DNA of 52,300 bases from Girardia tigrina (Eukaryota). The DNA is taken from NCBI GenBank assembly GCA_001938485.1, contig MQRK01170560.1:76142-128441 (forward strand), written 5' to 3'. Made by a program: the position numbers and the translations under genes. Position 1 is the stretch's first letter; every line of letters starts with the position of its first letter. The notes below the pieces were generated by a model, which was given only the letters and a program-made list of their open reading frames with translations, ran no database searches and was not told the origin of the DNA. Of this stretch, positions 45,078 through 52,300 are shown piece by piece.

Positions 45078-46476
45078 TATTAATATTCTTGGATTATGTG
45101 AAAGATAGGATCACAGTAAATGTTTCAGAAATGATCTAAACTCTTAAGAAGAAAAACTAAGTTTCTTTACTCGAAATATATAATCGATTATAAACAATCT
45201 TCAAGGTAAATTTCAATAAAAATCGGATCAATTTAAGAGCCTCAGAGAATGTCAGTTATGAAAAACAGTTTATTCAATGTTTGGACCATCATAAATTGAT
45301 AATGGGTTACCATAAACTTGATGTACAGTTTTTTGTACCTTTACTTTGAAAAACAAACTATGCTTAATAAATTACAAAGAAACTAAAGATATTAATTCAT
45401 TTTCTCTAAGTAAAATTATTTTTAGTCCACCTTGTTTTTATCTTATTATTTAAGGACAAGTTAAATTTTTAGTAATTTTATTTTATTTTAATTATCATTG
45501 TATTTTATTAATACTAGTTTTTCTTATGTTTATCAAAAACAATATCATTAATAATTAACATTATATATATTAAACAATTATATATAAAATCAAATAAAAA
45601 TTTAAATATTTTATTTGTATCACAAAAAAAGAAAATATAAAATACTAAAAAAGACAAAATAATGTATCAAGGCAGAGAAAATTGAGAAATTCTATTCCGT
45701 CGAGCTGGTGTTAAAAATCGGTTGTGAACTTTGATTAAGTTTACAACTAATGAAAGGCATTTTTCTTGGCCATCTTAATTATCTGTGTTTCAGAATAAAA
45801 AAGCTTTTGTAAGCTGCACTTAGTTGTTCAAAAATTATGAACATAATTACTGTATTAGAAACTATTTTTAAAAAATAAGGAGCGAATCCTTTCCATAAAC
45901 TATGAAATCCTTCATTTTTAAATATTCTAGAAAACGTATTCTAAAAAGGAAAACAATTATTGCAGTAAATGTTCAAGCAAATATACCCAACAACTGGAAT
46001 ACTCAGGAATTCCATTTATATTTCTCATATTTTGCATTCTTGTTTTTACTATATCCACAGGAAGTGATATTATTGCCGTGTTAAATCCACTAAATACACT
46101 CGCCAAAAAATGCGTACGAATTCCGTCTTCCAACCCTTCTAAAATTATTTGAAAATACTATTTAAGGAATTAATCAACAAATAATAAAAATGCTATTTTA
46201 AAGAACTTTCTTAGTGATACTAGAAAATGACCCGTCATATATGACAAAGTTTTTTCGACTTTGAAAGTTTCTAATTTAATTTTTAAATCGTAATTATTAT
46301 AATTTATTATTTATTGTTTCGAATTCTGTGTTGATTTAACAATCAGTCAGTTAAATCGACTCCCGGAACCTTTCGGCATAGGAGCTGTACAGTCAGAACC
46401 GTCTCGATGCGGACTATGCAGAGTTATCTCAACTTTATGCGGATTCACTCACTGTTCCTCCACTATTTCACATTTT

Positions 46477-46725
46477 GGGACTGTCCATAAATGATGTCAC
46501 GCAATTTTAGCAGATGTCCAACCCCCACTAACCTTGTCAAATTTCGTCACAAACCTGAACCCCTCTCCCCCTCGTCACACTTTGTCACACTTCGTCACAG
46601 AATCCTTTCACTAAATACTTCAGCATTTCGATTTGACGTCACATTTCCAAAACCCCTCTCCCCCAAGTAACACTTTGCCTCAAAATTCTGCCCCCTCCTG
46701 CGTGATGTATTTTATGGACGGCTCC
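46477..46725. mobile_element. MITE, probably PIF/Harbinger-type
   Basis: 27-bp imperfect TIRs GGGACTGTCCATAAATGATGTCACGCA / TGCGTGATGTATTTTATGGACGGCTCC; TTT on both flanks. Confidence 0.7.
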
Positions 46726-47189
46726 TTTATCAGCACATATATGATCATAGTAAAATTTGAGCTTGACCGACAAACCGTAAATCAGAGGATATCGAAACTG
46801 CAAATTTAACCTAAATTTATTTTTAGAAATATAATTAGTAAATAAGTGATAGAAATCGTCAGTTATCAAATTATCAAATAAATTAGCATTTTATTAGTAT
46901 TTTCATAAAAAACTTTCACGAAATTCCATGTAGGAATCATCAAAATCGTCATTATTCGAAATCAGTGTTAATTTAACCATTTAACGACTTGTACGGTTTT
47001 CGATCAATTTCATCGGCTTCCGGGCGTCTGTCAGCGAAGGCGCTGTACCGACAGAATTGTATTGATGTGGGCTATTCAGATTTGTACTCAAGTGGATTCA
47101 CTCCAGTTACTCCGCAATTTTCCAATTTATTTGTTGATATTATTTCTTAATAACGAAAATTTGTAATTTCTAAAAAATCGATTTTTTGC

Positions 47190-48103
47190 AACTTAATTAT
47201 ATTATAAAATTCCTTTCCATCAACCTATTGAATTCAGTTGAGTGAAACGTGGTGTAGCTATTCACAATTAGTTCCCGGAGCGGGGCACATTCACCAAATA
47301 AACTTGAAATTTCCGATACAAAACACTCTACATTATATGCCTTTATTAACTTCTAGATGACGAAGCAGGGAGGACCACAATCAACGATGCTCGAAACTTT
47401 TTACTGATTGACTTAGTAATACTTACAGCAAGCCTCGTCAACTTTTCGCCAATACTCAGTGTCCCATTCTTCCATTTCCCCGGTGTAGGGTGGATAGATT
47501 GGCATCTCTGATATTTTGAAATTAAATCTTTGACATCCGCTCCTGACACTCCGATTTCCAGACTGTCGCACAGATATTTCATTCTCATCACTCTCAAATG
47601 ACACTTATTTTGAACCTCTCGGAGATTGATTTGATTATTTTTGACTGAGAAGCAACAGCTACCCTGTATTAATTGACTCGGCATCCTGATCAATTCGACC
47701 GGTAGTTTCTACTCAATATTATACTCTATATTATACTCATTACATAGCTCCTTAATGACTGATTTTTTTCTCTTAATCAACAACTCACTAAAAACCCTTA
47801 AACTCAATTTCCCACTATCTGATAAGGTGTTAGTTATCCAAGATAAAATTGATTTATTATCTGATTTGACTATCACTTTCTTTATCCCCCATTTGACGCA
47901 TAAATTTAAGTCTTTCACTACTGTTTCCAGCTCGAACACATTGATATGTTTGGAATCATCTGCTTTTCTCAGCCGCAAGGTATGTTCAATTATATGACCT
48001 TTGACTTGAGGCACTGCACTAATCGCAATTGAGCTTGCATCAAACCATGTAACACATTCTTCACCATTATTTACGTTCCATTCCACCTGGTACGGATCGT
48101 AAT
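47190..48103 (-). pseudogene. Ty3/gypsy pol relic (RNase H + integrase), continuing at 50788-50835
   Basis: WFDASS, HINVFELE, VKSDNKS; degenerate HHCC and integrase core. Confidence 0.8.
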
Positions 48104-48424
48104 TATGGTTTCTGGATACTGTTTAACAGTAACAGTAAAACAGCTGTTTTTTCGTCAAAAAATCAAAAACAGCAAACAGCTGTTTTTTCATCACTGTTTT
48201 TTTACTGTTTTTCAGTAAAACTTAAAGTTTTCCCTTTAAAGTTTTACCTTTGAAACTTCTANCTGTAAAACTTTTACTGTAAACAATTTTTGGAGATTTT
48301 ATTAACAAAAACATATGAAAAATGTATAAAAAGCGTTTAACCAAAAAAAACTTCAGTATCCCGCCATGTGCGGGACAATTAATTTCTAACGGCCAAATTT
48401 TAAAACGTATTTTTACATAATGTG

Positions 48425-48801
48425 AAACAGAAGCCATTACTAATAGAAAATTAATCATTTAAAACAATTAAAAACAAATTAAAATCATTGATTTACTTAA
48501 CGAAAATAATGAAATCAGTAAAAATATTTATTTCAGTAAAAGTTGCAATGTTTTTTATAATGTGAATCACATTTATTTCAGTAAAAGTTGCAATGTTTTT
48601 TTATAATGTGAATCACATTTATTTCAGTAAAAGTTGCAATGTTTTTTTATAATGTGAATCCCATTATAAAAAAAACATTGCAACTTTTACTGAAATAAAT
48701 ATTTTTACTGATTTAATTATTTTCGTTAAGTAAATCAACGATTTTAATTTGTTTTTAATTGTTTTAAATGATTAATTTTCTATTAGTAATGGCTTCTGTT
48801 T
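48425..48801. repeat. Long palindrome with three tandem 45-46-bp units
   Basis: ~140-bp near-perfect inverted arms; tandem units start at 48526, 48571 and 48617. Confidence 0.93.
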
Positions 48802-50624
48802 GGGAATTTGCCACAAAACGACGAAATCCGCACACAAAAGCGCTTGAAGGTCAATGCAATCGGTGCAATAGCATAATTAAGTGCTCTGTCAATTCAACGA
48901 CAACTTTAAAGAGACATCTACAGCAGCATGGCATCAAGTTTGATCAGGCTGGGGAACCAAGCACATCCAAGGATGGAATTCCGACCGAAAAGAGATAAAA
49001 AAACTGTTGCTGACTTTTTTGAACGAGAATCTCTCAAGGAAATTGTGTCAGACATGGCACCGGATGGAGTAACTATTCGAGCAATAACAAGAAATAAGTT
49101 CATTAGAAAATCCATAACACGCGATGGTCACAAATTGCCTGCGAATGAAACTGATGTCATGAAACTATTGCACGATGATNNNNNNNNNNNNNNNNNNNNN
49201 NNNNNNNNNNNNNNNNNNNNNNNNNNNNNNNNNNNNNNNNNNNNNNNNNNNNNNNNNNNNNNNNNNNNNNNNNNNNNNNNNNNNNNNNNNNNNNNNNNNN
49301 NNNNNNNNNNNNNNNNNNNNNNNNNNNNNNNNNNNNNNNNNNNNNNNNNNNNNNNNNNNNNNNNNNNNNNNNNNNNNNNNNNNNNNNNNNNNNNNNNNNN
49401 NNNNNNNNNNNNNNNNNNNNNNNNNNNNNNNNNNNNNNNNNNNNNNNNNNNNNNNNNNNNNNNNNNNNNNNNNTGGATCCACACAGGATGGAGCTGCAGT
49501 TAATAAAAGATTTATCAGCCTCATTGATGCTATCTGTCAGTTCTGTCTCAATCACGGTTTACACCTTGGAGTATGTGACACTTTGTACAAAAGGAAATCT
49601 GAAATTGAAGAACCCATCATCATTGATGAAGATCCAAATGAGGAAGATAATTTTGATGAACCAACCGATTTTGAATTAATCAATAAAAATCATAATGCGA
49701 TCGATTATCATGAAATACTCGTACTCAAAAAGTCTCGCAAGATTGTCAAATTCTTCAAACATTCACCTGTTCGAAATCATGCGCTTCAAACAAAAATCAA
49801 ACAAATTCACTCTCGAGAAATTGAAATGCATCTGGATGTGAAAACACGCTGGAATTCAATCCCAACCATGCTTGAACCGTNNNNNNNNNNNNNNNNNNNN
49901 NNNNNNNNNNNNNNNNNNNATTTCAAAGCACTCGATCTGATTGAAAACTTTGATTTTGGCGCTCTGAAATCATTGCTAGCAGCAATGGAGCCAGTTAAGC
50001 TAGCAGTAGAGAATCTTAGCAGAGAGGACTCAACTTTAATGAGCGCGGATAATATTTTAAATTTTATGTTCACAAAACTATCGAACATTAAAAATGAAAT
50101 TGCAGAGAAATTACTGGAAAATCTAAAGCAGCGAGTTGGTGAAAGACTCAATCCCGACCTAATGAATCTCTTANNNNNNNNNNNNNNNNNNNNNNNNNNN
50201 NNNNNNNNNNNNNNNNNNNNNNNNNNNNNNNNNNNNNNNNNNNNNNNNNNNNNNNNNNNNNNNNNNNNNNNNNNNNNNNNNNNNNNNNNNNNNNNNACCT
50301 CATGAAGAAATATCTGAAAATTTATCAATGCAGGAGGAACTAAATGCTTTGCTTCAAAAAAGTGAAACTACAGTCACGCCAGCTAATGATGCTTTCAAGT
50401 GGCTAAAGTCGGAATCTACACTTTTCAAGAACACTGGACAGCGAACTGAAAACCTACAAAAACTCTTTAATGCTATTTTGACCATCAAACCCACTTCCAC
50501 GGACGTAGAACGCGTTTTTTCGGTCACCTCAAGTTTTTGCACAAAAATTCGATATCGCCTATCAGATAAATCACTGCAAGCATTGGTCTTTTTGAAATAT
50601 TATTATAATAAATCAAATAAATAA
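48789..50624 (+). pseudogene. hAT transposase with BED finger (disrupted, gapped)
   Basis: VWEF..CNRC..TLKRHLQQH, TQDGAA, CLNHGLHL, KTRWNS, PTSTDVERVFS; frameshift near 48990. Confidence 0.9.
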
Positions 50625-50865
50625 TTAAAAGGCTTTAATTTCATATTAAAAAGTTTTTTCCTTACATTTAATTTAATAAAATTAAAAAAACAGTAAAACA
50701 GCTGTTAACAGCTGTTTTTTAAAAATCAGAAACAGTTAAACAGCTGTTTTTTGAAAACCACTGTTTTTCAGAAACCCTAGTCGTAATCCCTGATCCATCT
50801 CAGTACCCTTTTAATTTTCTCAAATAACTCGTCTCCCACGTTATCAATTTAAGCTAATTTATTCA

Positions 50866-51367
50866 CATTTAGATTTAATATTCAAATTTATTTTTAACTT
50901 ATTATTATTTTATTAGTGTAAAATTTAAATTAATTATTTTTTAAATTTGTTAATTATTAAATCAAATTTATGTTTTTAAATAATAAATAGTAATTTTAAT
51001 TTTAAACAAAAGCATTTGTAGAAAAAATTTTGAAAAGAATATGTAGGTTCAAGTTAGTTCAGATTTTGGGATGAAAATTATTAAAACTTTGATCGATGAA
51101 TACCTCGGATTGTCATAAAGATGATCCAAATTGTATTGTATTTTCACGCATATAACCCGCATAATTTTTTTCCTCGCCAGGGACAATTTGGGTAAATAAA
51201 ATCACACATTACCCGTTAATTATCATCGTATAATGTTAGTTGTTATCGTGTATATTATTTTTAGGATACCCCGCCAACTTTTATGTCCTGTGAGTGGCGT
51301 GCGGCGTAGATAAAATCACACATGACCGGTGGGTTATATGCATGAAAATACGTTAATTGTAATAAAT
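50866..51367. repeat. Dispersed repeat, copy 2, carrying a MITE insertion
   Basis: Aligns with 42743-43011 apart from 51136-51355. Confidence 0.85.
51136..51353. mobile_element. Tc1/mariner/pogo-type MITE (218 bp)
   Basis: TIR GTATTTTCAyGCATATAACCC; TA TSD supported by the empty paralogous site near 42997. Confidence 0.9.
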
Positions 51368-51526
51368 TTACTATTTTTTTATTTAATTTTCTGAGATTAG
51401 TGTAATATTTTTTGGTCCAACACTGACATATAATAGTTAATGGTCAATGAGTATCAATAAAGGGTCGAATCATGTAAAGTTAATTATATATATTAGCAAA
51501 AAAAACTAAAAGTTATTATGGGTTAT

Positions 51527-51570
51527 CAGTGGCGGATCCAGGAGGGGGCTAAGGTGGCTAGCCACCCCTC
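51527..51570 (+). mobile_element. Isolated hAT-like MITE terminus
   Basis: CAGTGGCGGATCCAG followed by a GGGGGCTA..TAGCCACCCC dyad; no partner TIR seen. Confidence 0.4.
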
Positions 51571-52300
51571 TTGTTTTTTTTCATAAAAACAGGTTAACCT
51601 TTTTGCATCATAAATAAACGAGCAAAAAAGAAATGTAATGAAATGGGCTGAGAAACTCTAACGAAAGCATCCCTTACTTAATGGACCAAAATGCCATATT
51701 TACAGAAATATTGACTCAAGACAAGAAATAAGCATCAACTCCATTGTGGAATCCTAAAGCAAAAACCAATTGCGCTAAGCGTGTGATGCCGGTATTATCA
51801 CAATGGGTGCTTTTACTAATAGGCAAACCTAAGAAACTGCTTAGAGGCACCAATCAAAAAAGGGCACTTGATTTTTTTGGAAAATTTTATCACATATAAG
51901 TAACTGCTCTGCGGAATGCAGTTTTTCATTTTTGAAAAGATTGAAAATATATTTAAGATCAACTATAAAAGAACAACGCTTAAATGCTTTATCGATTTTA
52001 TGATTAGAAATAGATTTTACGTTAAATTTAGATTCTTCCGATATAATTGATGATTTTACTGGAACAAAATCAACATAAAAATTTTAATATGTTAAAGAAA
52101 GTAAAGGAAAAGAATTTTTTTCATATAAATTAACACAAATCACCAAAAATATTAAGTTTTTCCATTCTTTTTATTAGTTTACTTTCTACAGGGTGCGGCA
52201 GCTATTTGAGAACACGTAATATAGACACCATATCTTTTTGTGTGTTATAATTACATAATTTTATTTTTGCTGGTAGACATGGCAGAAGCTACTCTTACGA

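Larger units (their letters stand above)
48104..50779 (+). mobile_element. hAT transposon nested in the gypsy relic
   Basis: TIRs TATGGTTTCTG / CAGAAACCCTA; TSD ATCGTAAT/GTCGTAAT (7/8); subterminal AACAG/CTGTT repeats. Confidence 0.92.

Overview
AT-rich eukaryotic (probably invertebrate animal) genomic DNA, almost entirely mobile elements, with several N gaps. The centrepiece is a near-intact 17.1-kb Polinton/Maverick (adintovirus-like endogenous virus) at 15261-32398, with ~280-bp TIRs and a 6-bp TSD (CCCATT). It encodes a packaging ATPase, major and minor capsid proteins, an adenain-like protease, pPolB and a retroviral-type integrase. The integrase is fused to a parvovirus-type PLA2 domain and split by a -1 frameshift, while the pX-like module sits in a separate ORF. 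Other elements: a decayed ~6.5-kb RLE non-LTR retrotransposon with a Ulp1 protease (NeSL-like), preceded by a covarying GGTGC-N4-GCACC palindrome array; two further RLE 3' fragments; a Penelope-type hammerhead ribozyme; MULE, mariner and hAT transposons; a Ty3/gypsy relic; and several MITEs. Non-TE genes: a frameshifted intronless DEDDh exonuclease, and one spliced host gene (cold-shock/Y-box protein) that the ORF track misses. All family calls rest on motif recognition by eye, not database searches.
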